Shown: piece by piece, positions 1 to 14,655 of the stretch | Layout: the number at the start of each line of letters is the position of its first letter | Numbering within the stretch: the first letter of the stretch is position 1 | Assembly (NCBI GenBank): GCA_951406725.2 | Contig: OX597815.1 | Coordinates: forward strand, 150,226,001 to 150,290,000 | Length of the DNA stretch: 64,000 bases | Direction of reading: 5' to 3' | DNA from: Octopus vulgaris | Taxonomy: Eukaryota | Position numbers and translations under genes: made by a program | Notes under the pieces: generated by a model | Told to the model about the DNA's origin: nothing | What the model saw: only the letters and a program-made list of their open reading frames with translations | Database searches by the model: none

Positions 1-616
1 ACATTATCAATGTAGCTAGTTTCAGTTTAAAACTAAATGGCACAAGTATATTCGTCACTAAAGTGACTAAGTGTGCCTCGACTAAGTATAGCTACGAACA
101 AAGCAATTAGCTATTGACTGCCGAGGGAGACCACCAACCTACAACAAGCTAGGGCGTTAGATTTCGCATACTACTCCGTAGCGTAGGGCTAATGTAACTC
201 GCCTTGTCAGTTTATACAAACATCATAGGAATCGGTGCCTGATTCAGTGGAATGGTAAAGTGAAAATTGTAAAATATGAAGGTGGTTACTCGCAATTTAA
301 AAGCAAAGGCACAAGTACAATCGCAATTAAAGTGACTATGGTTGCAAGTCAGCACCAGTAGGACTAGAAATAAGAGTCAAAACAACTTTTAGCCACGAAC
401 AGAGCACTATTTATTGACCGACAAGGGAGACAACCTCCCTACAGCAGAGGGTCAGGTCATCAATGATTTCGGATACTTTTAGTAATGCTGGTGTAGACTT
501 TCATCCTTAGTCAATTTAGTGTCTATTGCATATGTATGTGCGTGTGCGTGCATGTGTGTGTGTATGTGTGTGTGTGTGTGTATTCCGAATTTGTGTGAAT
601 GTGTATAGAATAATAC

Positions 617-921
617 ATCAGTTTAATAAACTTAAAACATGGTCCGGTTTACATATCTTTTTAATATCGTATTTTAACATTAAAAAAATATTTTGCAATA
701 TTCATAAAGTTCAATTAGCGCTTTCATACGTTCGTAGTAATCATCAGATTCAAAATGTATTTAACTGATTGTTGAGTTCTTAACAACTGTAGAACGCTCC
801 AACAAGCTGAATTTTTTTAATACGGTTTTCACCAATCCGCTCACAAAATATATTTTTAATGTTAAAATACCATAATAAAAAACGTGAAAACCAGACCATA
901 TTTTAACTTTATTCAGCTGAT
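617..921. mobile_element. Small palindromic element (about 80-bp inverted arms) with an internal hammerhead motif, abutting (TA)n
   Basis: 617-695 (atcagtttaataaacttaaaacatggtccgg...) is the diverged reverse complement of 844-921; the right arm runs into (TA)n; HHR motif at 713-750 on the minus strand. Confidence 0.7.
713..750 (-). ncRNA. Minimal hammerhead ribozyme motif
   Basis: Minus strand reads aat-CTGATGA-ttactacgaacgtat-GAAA-gcgc-TA-att: core boxes, palindromic stem III and a 3-bp stem I. Confidence 0.6.
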
Positions 922-2919
922 ATATATATATATATATATCAGGAATGTAGGGACGATTTTATAATAAAAATATACAAGTATAAGTTGACAAACCGACCTT
1001 TGTTTCACCTCTATTGACTCTATAGCATGGAAAATCCAGTCATATAATTTTATTTATCGGCGATATACTAACTTGCTTCTTGTTTTGAGATTTTGAACAC
1101 TTCAAAGGGTATTTTATTGTTATTTGCTTAGTTACATAAATATGAACTTTAAAATTTACTATTTTGCATATGTGACTTCTTACCGTAAACAACGAACTGT
1201 ACGATTTCATCCGCAAATGATTAATTCGAAGTGCGCGAATGAACTTCTTTGCTCACAAACATAACAGGGAGGAAAATAAATATTTATGAATAGAAGTGTT
1301 TCATCTTGGTAATGTAAAATATTTCTGATAGCATAGTTTACCAAAATCTACTACGAAGCCTCACCTCAATAAGAACGAAATAACTACCATATTTAAGTCA
1401 AAGAAAACAATTCATAAAATAATATTGGACATGACATCAAACTAACCAGAAATAAAATGTATATTCAGTGCTTGAATTTTTATCATTTAATGAGCATATC
1501 CTTTATAGCAACGCAACCGTGTATTCACAGGGGCTAATGGAGTTAAATAATTATCTTTACAGATGGTACTGTTTTAGTTTATTCCCATAAAGATCCATTA
1601 TTTTTGAAAGAAAAATTGAAACCGTAAACTTGGTTCGATCGTAATAAAATACTGGCGCTGTCTATAAAGTCTAAATGCAATGTCTTTTAACCAAAAAGGC
1701 TATTAAAGTTATCGACATCGTTTCTCTAAAATATAGCTCGGGAAAATAATATCCATAATCGTTGAGAAAAAAAATGTTTTGCATTCTGTAAGATGAAATG
1801 CGTAACATTAAATAAAATACACACATGATATTAAAGCTGAATATTAAATTTAAATATTTATAGAAATGCAAAATTTTATGCATATAAATATAAAGAATGT
1901 GTATCGCTGATCTAATGCTACTATAGCGTCGAATGATACTTTGAAATAAACGTAGATACGACGAAAAACGCTGTAACCCATAGAAATCAAACTGCTACGT
2001 TGTAATTTTTAAGGAAAATCCATCAATAAGGAAAATTCATCAATAACGCACTAAATTTACTGTACATAAATTAAAAGAGGAGCACTTCTTTCCTTCTCTA
2101 GGTACAAGGCCGTAAAAGAGAAGCAATTAAGAATACAATTAATGTTCATGGCTTTTATCTTTAGTTTATATTCTATAGATTTGATTGTCTACTTTATCAT
2201 CCGACATATAATGATATATTGTTCTGATTATTTTAAATTATTAAAAGTGTAACCCGCATTTTAAAATTTTGATCGCTCATTGTGTAACTTGAAGTTATTC
2301 CAGCATTTGTGCGACCGTTGTCTGTTGCCGCTTGCGTGTAAATTTTGCGTTGAACAAGTAATGTTTGATATACTGAAAGTTTTCAGACGATCGGTATCAT
2401 TCTTGTGCGATATCAATGCTGTTTTGAAGAATTGAGAGTTATATGCTGAAAAATTCCTCGTGTATTAAATGAGATAGATTCTTCTCCGTGACATTAATGA
2501 ATGTCATTTTTTAGAGAATTCTGGTGATTATATGCGCCGCTTACGACCCTGCATAGCGTGGCCAATGTTATACATTATTCCCCTGGTTAAGAAGCACATA
2601 GCTTGCACATATTCAATCTCATGTGTTAAATGGTGTTGGATCAGTATAGATTATTTATGGGTGAATGACTGAACGGGTCTGCGATGGGAACATAGAAATG
2701 GGAAATTCTAACAAAAGAAATTTATTGACAACTGTATTAACCTTATATAGATAATATGGAAATCAGAAAGGCGTAAAGTGTTAGATAATGTCTGTTAGTA
2801 AAAAATAATAGAATAACAAAGAATTTATTTCAATGATGATACATTAAAACTCTTTCTTCCAGTTGAATTATTATAGTTACACCAGCTTACAGGTATTTGA
2901 CGGTAACTAGATATTAGTT

Positions 2920-3099
2920 TCAAATTTTGGCACAGAGCTAGTACATTCGGCGGGAGGGGTTTAGTCGATTACATCGACCCACAGCACTCCACTGCAAATT
3001 ATTTTATCGGCGGAAGTTGAACTCTGAACGTAAATATGAACGAAATGCCGACTAAGCATTTTGCCCAGCGTGCTGTTGATTCAGCCAGCTCGCCGCCTT
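2920..3099 (-). mobile_element. tRNA-like SINE family A copy
   Basis: Reverse complement of head ggcggcgagctggc and body gttcagagttcaa...gtcgatgtaatcgact; matches more than 30 other copies in the window. Confidence 0.8.
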
Positions 3100-4824
3100 T
3101 CACTGACTAGATACAACAAATTAAGTAGTTTGTGTGTAAAATCTTGTACTCAGGATTAATTAGCATAATATCTGACACTGCGGATCGGTTGAAAGAAGCA
3201 ACGAATATCAAAAGAGTTTTCTGTTGCGACTATAGAATGGAATCTGTCTTTCTTGTTGGAATAATAATATTCTAATCTCGGTTTTACAACTTTACATCTA
3301 ATGGTCGCACACGTATCTTAAATGATTGGTTACTTTCTTCATAAACCTGTTCAATGGAGCAAAATTACTTCAAATAAACCTGTCTTAAAAGAAAATTAGA
3401 AAGTGGAACCAGTTTCACATTGAAATTTACAGATATTTTATTTTCCCGTGGGTTTATTATTGTATAATAAGTCTTGATGCCATTGCTATACTTTCGAAAT
3501 ACGTGTCCAGAGATGATTTGTAATAGGACACTGCATTTTATAAAGATATATAGTTGCTCTGGGTATACCATATTTATATTTGTTCCAATAGTAAGTTATC
3601 GATTCGTCTATTTTTATTTGTAAATGGTGAAGTACCTGCAAATGTAAACGGTGGAGTAGTTTGCAGATCAAAAGCTTTGTTAATTCACAAGTAATGTATC
3701 AATAATTTTGATTGATAGGGCGAATCCTCCCTTGACTTCACTGGCTTTTGTCATATCTAGGCATTCGCACAAATGATTAATACAATTCGTATTATCTTCA
3801 CTAAAGTATAGCATTACGAAATAACAGCAGAGAAAATTCTAGATTCAATTGCACTGAAGCACCAAACGTAATTTCAAACATAATTCGGCTGTATTAAGGA
3901 CCTTTTAATAGACATATTTCAGTTAGATGAACCTCCTTCCTTTTCCTCGGTGATCCTCTTTTTGTTGAACATCCTATCACTTTGACGGGGATCAAGAACG
4001 TATTCCGTCCGCTTATATTCCTTTATTTTCTCCTACACATCATATTATTTTATTATTCACAAAGAGGATATCAAGGCCATGACTTTTAGGGCAGCCAAGG
4101 CTCTCCCACAATTCCAATAGTATGTAAAAATATATTGAGCACCCTCGTCCATACTTTTGACATCAGATTGTGATTACATTCTCCTTCACTTTTCATCGCA
4201 GCTGCCTAACACACTAGTATTCATACTTCGCCCTTCCCTATAGATAATAGATGAATAGGACCCTTCATCATAAAATTCTACTAATTCCATTTCTAATGCA
4301 TCTTATATAATTTATGCATCTTACATAGCTTTCTTGATGAACGAGTAGAATTATATAAATTAGCATTTCTCTCTGCTCACAAAGATATCAATATTAACCT
4401 GTGATGTTTGACTTTATGAAATTAAAGGTAAGCGACCTACTCCACAACTCGTAATAAATATTAATAACGATAAAGTCCTCTGCGGCATTTATATTAACTG
4501 TCTTAACTAAAAAAAGAAATCAGCAAATTGTATCTGCATCGTCTGAGATATTGCAGCGATTACAAAGAGAAAAGAATTTGCGTTGGGTAGCTTTACATAG
4601 AGAATAAACCAGTTTAGTGCTCTATCAAAACGTCTAATCAGCCATGCGGAAATCACACGTTGTAAACTATTCCTTTGTTATCCATCAGAAGAAATCTGGG
4701 GAATTGGGTCTTTTATTTTTAATGCCATACTTCGATAGGAACTGTCAGAGTCGTGTGTCTATGAAGTTTGCCATTCAACCGCTTAACTATTGATTTGACT
4801 ACACTTGGATAGATGTGTATGTGA

Positions 4825-4857
<33 letters not shown>

Positions 4858-4859
4858 GA

Positions 4860-4876
4860 CAGACAGACAGACAGAC

Positions 4877-4952
<76 letters not shown>
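4860..4952. repeat. (GACA)n/(GATA)n microsatellite
   Basis: Direct inspection. Confidence 0.95.
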
Positions 4953-4953
<1 letters not shown>

Positions 4954-5379
4954 TAGTATGTTAGTAGAGATAAGACAATCCAGGCGTTTGCCTCACGCAT
5001 CACTCATGCAAATGGCGTCTTTGAAATTGTATAAAGAATAATTCGCCATTCAAAACATAGATCTAAATGAAACAGAAACGAGGAAGATTTCTTCCGCCGC
5101 GATGGATAAACGATAAGTGGAGAATGGTTCTCATTCATGGGTACATACATGATGATTGATTTGTCGCCCGAGTGTTCGCGAAGCAATTGTAAATATGCGA
5201 TTTAATATAACTGACATTCCAATTATATTATACATAAAATAAAGACTCGTTCCACCAAAATTCTCCGTTCACCAAATTCACAATGATCAGCCTGGATTGA
5301 AGACTCGTGACTGGGAAGCGAACTAATCAATCACACAACAAACGTTCATCTCTTACCTTTTACATGTTTCATTGATTAT

Positions 5380-5706
5380 GCTGTGGCACCTTGAAGAATC
5401 TCAGTCGAACGAATTGAACCCCAGTATTTATTCTATCGTTTCCTTTTGCCGAACCGCTAATTCAAGGGTACTTATACACATCAGCACCGGTGACCAAGCA
5501 GTGACGGAAAAAATACAGATGCACACACACACACAATCCTTACACACACGCACACATAAATATAAGTATGTATATATGTGCGTCAGCCAAATACACTGGT
5601 GTCTCGAGGTTATAAAAGAAAAAATTACCCAAGGTGCCACGCAATATGACTGAACTCAGCACCTTATGCTTGAGAACCAAACTTCTTACCACGCAGCCAC
5701 GCCTGC
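5380..5706 (-). mobile_element. SINE family B copy (diverged)
   Basis: Reverse-complement match to the full copy at 30963-31443, including the internal (CA)n tract. Confidence 0.75.
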
Positions 5707-6989
5707 ACAATGATGAAATAAATCTAACTCTCTAATTCTCTACGTAGTCATTAATCTTGCAATCCATATATCATTTATGAGATTTGATTTTCGTTTAGCG
5801 CTACAGGAGGACGGTTGCTCTATAACCAAATTAACTTTCATTATATCACCCTGAAGGACAAATAATCTATATCGACCATCAAAAGGTTGAGAAACCACAA
5901 CCGCTAAATTAACATTTGACTCGCAGTAACAAACAGATAAATGATAATAAAATTGCACTTAAATTTTCATCAACAAAAACGTGAGGAATTTTCCACAATA
6001 ATAATCGGATTATAGTTTGTGTGTTTCTGTATTTTTGTAATACAATCTAAATTAACTCTATAGTTATAGAGAGACAATTCACAAAGGCTAAAGAGAGATA
6101 CACTTATGATATCATTAAGCCTAGAATGTATCAATTTGTATACTCACTTTTCGGCTCCTCCCACTGTCAGACTGAATAGTTTAAAAGAAAAGATGTTCAG
6201 TTTGAACAATAAATACGCTATTATATGAAGTAACATAATTGTTGCACCCGTCGGCTGCCAATTTTACTCGGATGATATCTAGATAAATATGAAATTACAA
6301 TACAATATACTAAGTAGAGATTGCATATCGTTTTAGACAATGAAACATTTTACAAATAACAGAAACGCCTCTAATCGAATTATCATTGATATCTTTTATA
6401 GGAAGTGACCTAGCAGATACAAACAACAAACAACAATGATACTTACATAATACTTCCTGGTAATAACTCGGATAAAAGTATGTTACTCCATTGATAAAAG
6501 CAGCTACTACATTGTTTCGTTAACACATTTAAGACACCTTATTCGATCTGTTGGTTAGAAATAATTTAAATGCAAAGTCATGGAATGTTGTGACCGCAAC
6601 TCGAGTTGTATGGTGTTGGTCTCTAACAGAATAATTCCATACGATTACTGTGCAGCTGTGTACCAGAAACACTTCTGAATTAGATTTATATAGAATGACT
6701 ACATTTTCCAATTGTAGAAGGAATCAATATTGTTCATTATATGAAAATACAATAAATATAATTGTAAATAACAAGTAACTGCATCAATGGTATTCTTTCA
6801 ATGGTTTTAGTCATTGGCCAGGAGCCAAGTTGGAGCAACACCTTCAAAGGTTTAGATAATCACATCAACTTTGGTACATATTTAAGGCTGGTAAATATTA
6901 ACAACTACTGTTTATCGAAAATATAAATTCCGGACTTTTGATATAACCCTGCGTTGATTTGTATAATACACAAAAAAGCCCACTCATAT

Positions 6990-7140
6990 AAAGGGTGCGT
7001 AATGTTTTGGGGCCATTGCTGCATATTTTGCTCACACTGTATAATCTTTGTTTCAGAAAATAATTATGACAGACCTTAAGCTTACTCAAGAAATGAAGAG
7101 ACACGCTGTTATTGTGGTTATAAAGGCTGAGCATAGCGAT
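6990..7140 (+). mobile_element. 5' fragment of a Tc1/mariner element
   Basis: Translates MTDLKLTQEMKRHAVIVVIKAEHSD, similar to the N-terminus of the 9660 transposase; truncated at (TA)n. Confidence 0.45.
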
Positions 7141-7234
7141 TAATATATATATATATATATATAATGTTGCTATTATGCAAACATGTCGTAAGTCCAAAAT
7201 ATTGCCTCCACCATTCAGTAGCAAAACCATTGTA

Positions 7235-8453
7235 CAGTATGTTCAATTTAAAAGTTGACTCGACTGTATTTATTAATAGTTATAAAGGATGTGTAATAGT
7301 ATTATGCACAAACATACTTTTATCAAAATGCTCATTTAAAAGTTACAACGTCAAACTGGTTACAAAAGGTGTTGTAATTGTTGGCCGCCATGTTGTAGAC
7401 ATAAGTCAACACAACGACGTTTGTTCTGGAACACATTGATCAAATATTCACGCGGGATATTTTGAACAATATCAGTAATATCCATACACAGTCCATCAAA
7501 TGTATGCGGATCCTTTGCAAACGCATCGTCCTTGATATAGCCGTATAAAACGAAATCGAGTGGCGTTAACTCTAGCGATCTGAGTTGGCAGAGGCATTTC
7601 GTGATAAACCTGTGTTCAAACGTTTATCATGAAACAAAGTTTGGTTGCTAACATGACATGTTGCTGAGTCCTGCTGAAGCCTTGCGTTACTTTTTTCATT
7701 CTCAATAAGCTGCTCAACAAACTGATCAATTATCTCACAATAACGTTCCGAATTCAAGGTTTTTTGAGGAAAAACATCGGTCCTACTATTCTTTGCCTGC
7801 TGATAATCATCTATACACCAATCTCCACTGCATGTAAGGGTAATTCGACAAACTTGTGAGCATTGAGAGCAATCCAGATGCCAGTGTTTTGCGAATTTAG
7901 GTATCCCGATTGGTGAATCCAAGCCTCATCACTGAAGAAGGTCATGTGAAGTTGGTTATCATTCATATTTTCTTGAAACCATTTGCTGGGTTTTTTTTAA
8001 TCAGCAGGAATAAGTATGGGCACAATTTCAGCGATTAGCGAAGAGCAGTATGGCAGCTGCCAACAGATAATCCACTTTCATGAGACAAACGTCGTACACA
8101 TTTCCTGGGACTGCGAAGAATTCGTTGACGGATATCTTCCACGACATCATCAGAAAGGCGGGGACGTCGGCGAACATGTTTCTTGTTTTCAACTGAACCC
8201 GTCTTCCTAAACTTTTTAATTAGAACATTAAAGGAGTAAATCCATCGCCCATTGATAAAAAGTCTGATCTAAAATAAGATTCCACAATAAATGAACGTTG
8301 CTGCGCTAAGACCATTACAACTCCAGAGGAAATCTCGAATGAATGCGTTACACTTGTAAAAGGCTAAAATCAATTTGGCATAGCGAGCCAATCGGTGAGA
8401 GTCAATAATTTGACAGTTAATCAATAGAGTCAACTTTTAAATTGAACACCCTT
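7235..8453 (-). mobile_element. Full-length decayed Tc1/mariner-superfamily transposon (DUF4817-type N-terminus)
   Basis: TIRs cagtatgttcaatttaaaagttgactc (7235, preceded by TA) and gagtcaacttttaaattgaacaccct (8427-8453); minus-strand peptides MVLAQQRSFIVESYF, FFSDEAW, LNSERYCEII, LQQDSATCH, broken by frameshifts and stops. Confidence 0.85.
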
Positions 8454-8576
8454 TGACAATTTTCGATATTGTGTCATCTGAAGCAGCTGGAGATGCGATA
8501 GTTTGGTCAAAGGAATCGGATATTGCAAGCAAAAATAAATATTGAAAAAAAAACGCATTTGGCCAAATTTGGACAC

Positions 8577-8605
<29 letters not shown>

Positions 8606-8607
<2 letters not shown>

Positions 8608-8608
8608 G

Positions 8609-8684
<76 letters not shown>

Positions 8685-8693
8685 GTAGATAGG

Positions 8694-8771
<78 letters not shown>
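8606..8771. repeat. (GATA)n microsatellite
   Basis: Direct inspection. Confidence 0.95.
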
Positions 8772-8773
<2 letters not shown>

Positions 8774-9120
8774 TGTTAGAGAGAACAACAGATGTTACGG
8801 CATATACATTAATAGTATTGGTAAACATTCAAAATATTACAGCTGTTTCAGGGATATCCCAGTGTATGAGCTATTCCGTCATCGGAGACATATAGGGAAA
8901 ATTAGAGGGATATAGATTAAAGAAATGACGACAGTGAGGACAGGAGTAAATGAATAAGGAGATAAAGAAAGAGAAGAAAAAAGAAGCATAAAAGTTCAAA
9001 CTTCAAATTCCCGATTTTGTAGAAATAGGTGCAACCCAGCCTAAATCCATATGGGTTAAAGTCTTGATATTGTAAACATCCAGAAAAAAGACACAAATAT
9101 ATCAAATATCAGAGGTTTTG
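8772..9120 (-). mobile_element. Penelope-like element 3' remnant ending at (GATA)n
   Basis: Minus strand: FWMFT...PYGF-like GIY-YIG C-terminal remnant (about 9040-9090), then a decayed HHR at 8833-8890 (CCGATGA...gatatccct-GAAA-cagctg-TA). Confidence 0.55.
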
Positions 9121-9168
9121 GCATCCAGAAGCCATAACACTGCTTTGCCTTTGTTGTCTCATTTTTTA

Positions 9169-9222
<54 letters not shown>

Positions 9223-9361
9223 CAAAGAAACTACCTGCAAAATATCAAGAAGGGATTAGAGTAATATACTAAGCAGTGAAGTTAGTCGCCACATCAAAAT
9301 GGTTGTTCCCTAGTTGAACACCAGGCATATCTTTCGCCAGTTGGTTATCGTTGTTGCACCC

Positions 9362-9498
<137 letters not shown>

Positions 9499-9529
9499 TG
9501 CTAGAAGGGGATCGAATCCCTACCATCCT

Positions 9530-10246
9530 GTAGCAGAGATGAGTAAATTGTCGTCATTTTATATTTTTTATTCCGTGCACGCGTATTGTTTATTTTTTAT
9601 CTTTCGATTACACAGTATAATATGATCAGTTGTGCACCGTCTGTGAGAAAACCAGCGCCATGACGCAGTTCACTCCTCCAGAAATATGGAAATAACATGT
9701 TGTACTGCTTGGCATTCGCGCAGGAGAGTCCAATACGATCAAGTACCAATATGAACCTGTACCGGGAGTGGTAAAAATTAAACATCCAGTCAACATCATG
9801 GTGCTTGGTGTAATCATTAGTGATAGCGACGTTATGTCTCCTTTCATCTTCCCACACGGCCTCGCACTCAACACGGAGTACTACGGAGGTAGTGCTGACC
9901 TGGTTCAAGAGGAAGGCTGCTGGAAGACTCCTATGTCTGGCAACAGGACTCTGCAGTATACCACACATGCACGAGAACCCAGTCACGGCTGTCAAGCAAT
10001 TTCTGCGACCACATCGACCCTAGCATCTGGCCACCTAACTCCCGACACTGCAACCCCCTTGAATATTATGTGTGGGGCGCAGTTGAGCGCGAAACCAACA
10101 AAACTCCTTTCAAAACCAAAGATGAACTGAAGGTAAGGATTATGGCAGCATTCACCAACTTAAACAAGACAATATATCTGTTAAAATGAGAAATCAGTGT
10201 TATTTTCATTTTTGCGTAATTCAGACGACAATATAGTCACTGCACC

Positions 10247-10249
<3 letters not shown>
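9530..10249 (+). mobile_element. Internally deleted Tc1/mariner (DD37D/maT-like) transposase pseudogene
   Basis: Peptides KHPVNIMVLGVI, YVWQQDSA, IWPPNSRHCNPLEYYVWGAVE, KTKDELKVRI; terminus caccctg followed by TA. Confidence 0.8.
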
Positions 10250-10289
<40 letters not shown>

Positions 10290-10303
10290 CATACATACAT
10301 ACA

Positions 10304-10368
<65 letters not shown>

Positions 10369-10420
10369 TGATATATGTAATATGTGTGTATATGTATATA
10401 TGTATATACATATATATATA

Positions 10421-10478
<58 letters not shown>

Positions 10479-10530
10479 CACACATACATACAAGCATATA
10501 TGCATGTATATACGTGTGTGTGTGTGTTCG
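10250..10530. repeat. Compound (TA)n/(TACA)n/(TG)n microsatellite
   Basis: Direct inspection. Confidence 0.95.
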
Positions 10531-11208
10531 CGCACTCATGCATACATATATACAAACAATCGTATATGTGTGAGTGTTTGTGTGTACTTATGTAATGTAC
10601 CAATGGCATTTGTAACACTTATAAATATTATTTTGATATCCAGCGTGTTATACAATGTTTTGTAGTCGATTTATATGCCTCTTCTGCATACAGTCACAAC
10701 CATTCATCAAGAGATATATTAACAGCTTATTGTCATTTTTTCTCTGGGAAAATGTCAAGTCTGCTGCGTGATAGCTGGCAGTTTGACTGTCTGCAAACTT
10801 TGAATGCGATATTTACGTTGTCATTTTTGTGAGACTGATGAAGGTCTGTAGAAATTGGAAAGGATATGTTTGTTCATTTGGAATTGATTGCACAAACATG
10901 CACTATTTTTATTGTTGTTGTTTCGCAGTCTTTTTCGACGAGTATGTTCGAAGTATCTTTATTTAAGTTGTATGTTGTTTCGGAAAAAATACTCCTGCCA
11001 AACAAGCAGTTTTTTTTATTATTTAATTTATAGTGTAAGGCAATGAGCTGGCATTTCCTTCGTCTTTACGTTCTGAGTTCAAATTCCGCCGAGGTCCTCT
11101 TTACTTTTTATTATTCCGAAGTCTATAAAATAAATACCTGTGATGTACTCATTTATCCCCCTCCCCTAAATTTGGTGGCCTTTCGCCAGCGAAAGTTTCA
11201 AACCATTA

Positions 11209-11435
11209 CCGTAGCCTGCGCCATATCGCCGTTCACATATTGCGGTTCATCTATCGCAGTTTATTATTTAAGCTTATGTCGATTCCTCTGTGGTGTTATT
11301 TTGCATTTATAATAAATAAATATTTACAAATTATTAAAATAATAGAAGGAATATAGTGTTGTTTCTACTACGCGGATTTTCACCTATCAAAGGGGATTTT
11401 GGAACATAACATCCACAATAGACGAGGGATTACTG
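11209..11435. mobile_element. Tigger/pogo-like MITE, copy 1
   Basis: TA-flanked; ends ...gagggattactg|TA; homologous to 27982-28206. Confidence 0.7.
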
Positions 11436-11921
11436 TATATTTATAATAAAATCCCCATGAACTATTTTTATGTCCTTTCAAATTCCGCTTTTCTCCAATT
11501 ATCCTGGAAGTAATAGCGAACAGTAATGATGATTCTGTCAGTTAGATTGTATTTGTTTCCATAATTATTTATCTTCCCGAAGTATTCTTTTATTCTTTTG
11601 TTCTTTAAATCATTAAATGGAGCCGTGATGTTGCATCGAAGGATTTCATTTTAAATACACACAAACACACACACATACACACGTACGCACACAGGTATTT
11701 TAAAAGGAAGAAGTTGACAGTATTTTGAAGTTGCGGCTTAGTAGTCTTCAAAAGACAGTCTGATGTGAACTACTGAAGTGAAACATTGAAGGAACTGTCA
11801 ACCATTTCCTTGTAAAGATAAAATAAATATGATAGTCAAGTGAAAGTTATTGAGTGTTCTTCAATTTAATGTTTGACTGCTTTATAACTCTGCATAAAAA
11901 CAAATATTAATATGTTTGTAT

Positions 11922-12062
<141 letters not shown>

Positions 12063-14577
12063 CGCACATATATGTGTGTATATGTATTGTTCGGGCAGCT
12101 TTGTGTTTTTAAGAGTGATATAGTTAGAGAGAGAAGGAGAGAGAGAGAACAATTGTGTTATGTAAATATTTACATTTGCATCTAAATGTAAATAACATTA
12201 AAATAAAAATTCTTTCCAGTGTTTGTGTCCCTTGGCCTTCTTGCATGTCGTCTCTTGGCGTATTTAACTTAGCACAAAATAAATAAATGATGTTGCTCAA
12301 ACTAAACTTAATGTAGGTTTTAAAATGTATTACTTTAGTCGTAAACTGTCAAATCGTTAACAATGTATATCTTCAATAATTAATATCCTCTAAGTGCCTA
12401 TGGTTTCGTACATTAGGTAAAACTTCTTTCTGCGTTTGCTTACATCACTCACCGTTCAAATCACGCTGATGTCGACTTCGGTATGGTTCATAAAAATAAA
12501 GCAATTGATACTTAGAAAGAAAATTATTATACATTGCTGTATCGCCATCACTGATTATCAGGTGTAAAGTAGAAGTGAAGATCTTAGACGTAATCGCCTA
12601 CTATCCGTTTCTTTTCATTATTTCTGGTCTGTATTGTACTCCAAGTGCTTAAGTTCGTCTTCGGTCGTATGGAGTTGCTTTCCATTCATAAACCGCTTCT
12701 TCTTTTCTGTGCTTTCTGTCCTACATCCATTTTCTTTGCGCAACGAGGAACGCGGAATGGATGATGGGTAAAGTTGTCCCCGGCTAGAAATTAATTCAGA
12801 AACCAGAAGCCCCAAGTAAGTACTACAATCTATTAACCCGACGCTCGAACGATTCAGCGAATTTCCCACCTTAATTGTCTATATTGTCCCCTAAATACAT
12901 TGGCCTTGTATAGGTATCATAATTAATTGCTTCTAATTGTAGCTGGTTGGCAGAATCGGTAAAGAAATTAGCAAAATGTATTTATGATATTTTGTATACG
13001 TTAGGCTTTCAAATGCAGCTGGATTTCATTTAACCTTTAATATCCTTATCAGTAATGCACTGGGGGCGGGCCCATTCCATCAATTAGATCGATTCTTAGA
13101 AATGTTGATATTATATTAGGAAACAAATCAACGTTTTATAGGTTTCAAGTGAAATGGTAGAAATAACAGTTTCGGTTTCAATACATAGCGGTACTTAATT
13201 GAAAATATTATTTCCGTTCCCTTGTTAAAATTCTATAAACGTTTACTTTACCTTTCATCAATGACATAATTACTAATAATAAATAAATAGTGAGATCGCT
13301 CCAATTGAACATAACCCTTCATTTACGCATACATGTATAAGTTTCTAGTGAAGTTAGAGATCGATACATAATAACCTCGGATATTATAAATTATAGGAAT
13401 GTCAATGAAGGGGAACGGAGTTACATTCCATCAACCTCGGTCATTTAAGGCTACCATACCTTTATGGTTGTTTATCATGTTCAGTGGATATGCAATTTAT
13501 AAATCCTTTGATTCGCTGCCTTGGCTACGAAATTTAGCTGATAAAAGTCTAATCGCACTTCTTAGGAAAGTTCTACTCGTAGAGAAATGATCGATTTGTT
13601 TCCATTCTAACCATAATGTTCAACAAAGGTACTTAACAGGCTTTCATGTGAATTAGAAAGGTGGTCGGTAACATTAATATATAATGCCTTCCTCAGCTTG
13701 TTAGCTTTCATTACTTTATCCTCTGCCGCCATCTCTTCCTGCAATGCACTGTCGTTGAAAAATGTCACTTTGGTTTGTGTTCACAATTGGCCCCTTCCCA
13801 AATGTGCAGCCTCGTATGCCTTTGTTATCAATAATTATCATTGTTATTGTTATGAATCTTTATCCTTCTCCTCCTTCTGTTACGCATCATCATTATCGTT
13901 TCCTTTACTTACCCTATTACTAACTATTACAACGCTTTCATAGTTCTCCCTCTCTATATATCCTTCAATCCCCCCTCTCTCTCTCTCTCTCTCCCTTCCT
14001 TTCTTGATTGATTTGCTTCTCCACAGTATTTCCTTTTCAGTACTTTCGAGTAGATTGTTAACGTAACTATATTCAGCATGAAAACCAGTTTCTCTCTTAA
14101 TCCATTATACCGAAAAACAAACAAAAATTGAAGCTGCAGCAGAAAATTATTCCGTGATGTTAATGGGTTTTTTTGCAATGTAAGTAAAATCATATTCAAT
14201 TCTGTTTCTATAAAATATATATATAACAATTTCTAATTTATTTTTGCTTTACATTTATACACGTTTCTCGGTTCACCGGTGTTAAAATAATTATTCTACT
14301 CTTCCATTTCTAAAATAATAATTAATTCCTGCTTGAATACACTACTGTTATATTTTTTTTTAACCGTAGCACATTTGCAGAATACTCTCTCACCTTTGTG
14401 CATGAAGCAACATAGAAGAGGTAAAAGTAATTACTTCTTCACTTTCTAAGTGTTTTACTTCAAATTGGTGTTCTATAAAACGTACAAATGTCACCAAAGT
14501 AACAATTGAATAGCAAAATTACCACCATTTTGAAATATTCAGCAGATATTTTCACCAAAATGTAAAACATTGATATA

Positions 14578-14630
<53 letters not shown>

Positions 14631-14655
14631 TATGGGACAATAATTTGGTTGCCAT

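Noticed and set aside
10181-10665. Overlapping YI/CV/HT-repeat ORFs (and similar ones elsewhere)
   Set aside because: Translations of (TA)n, (TG)n and (TACA)n microsatellites
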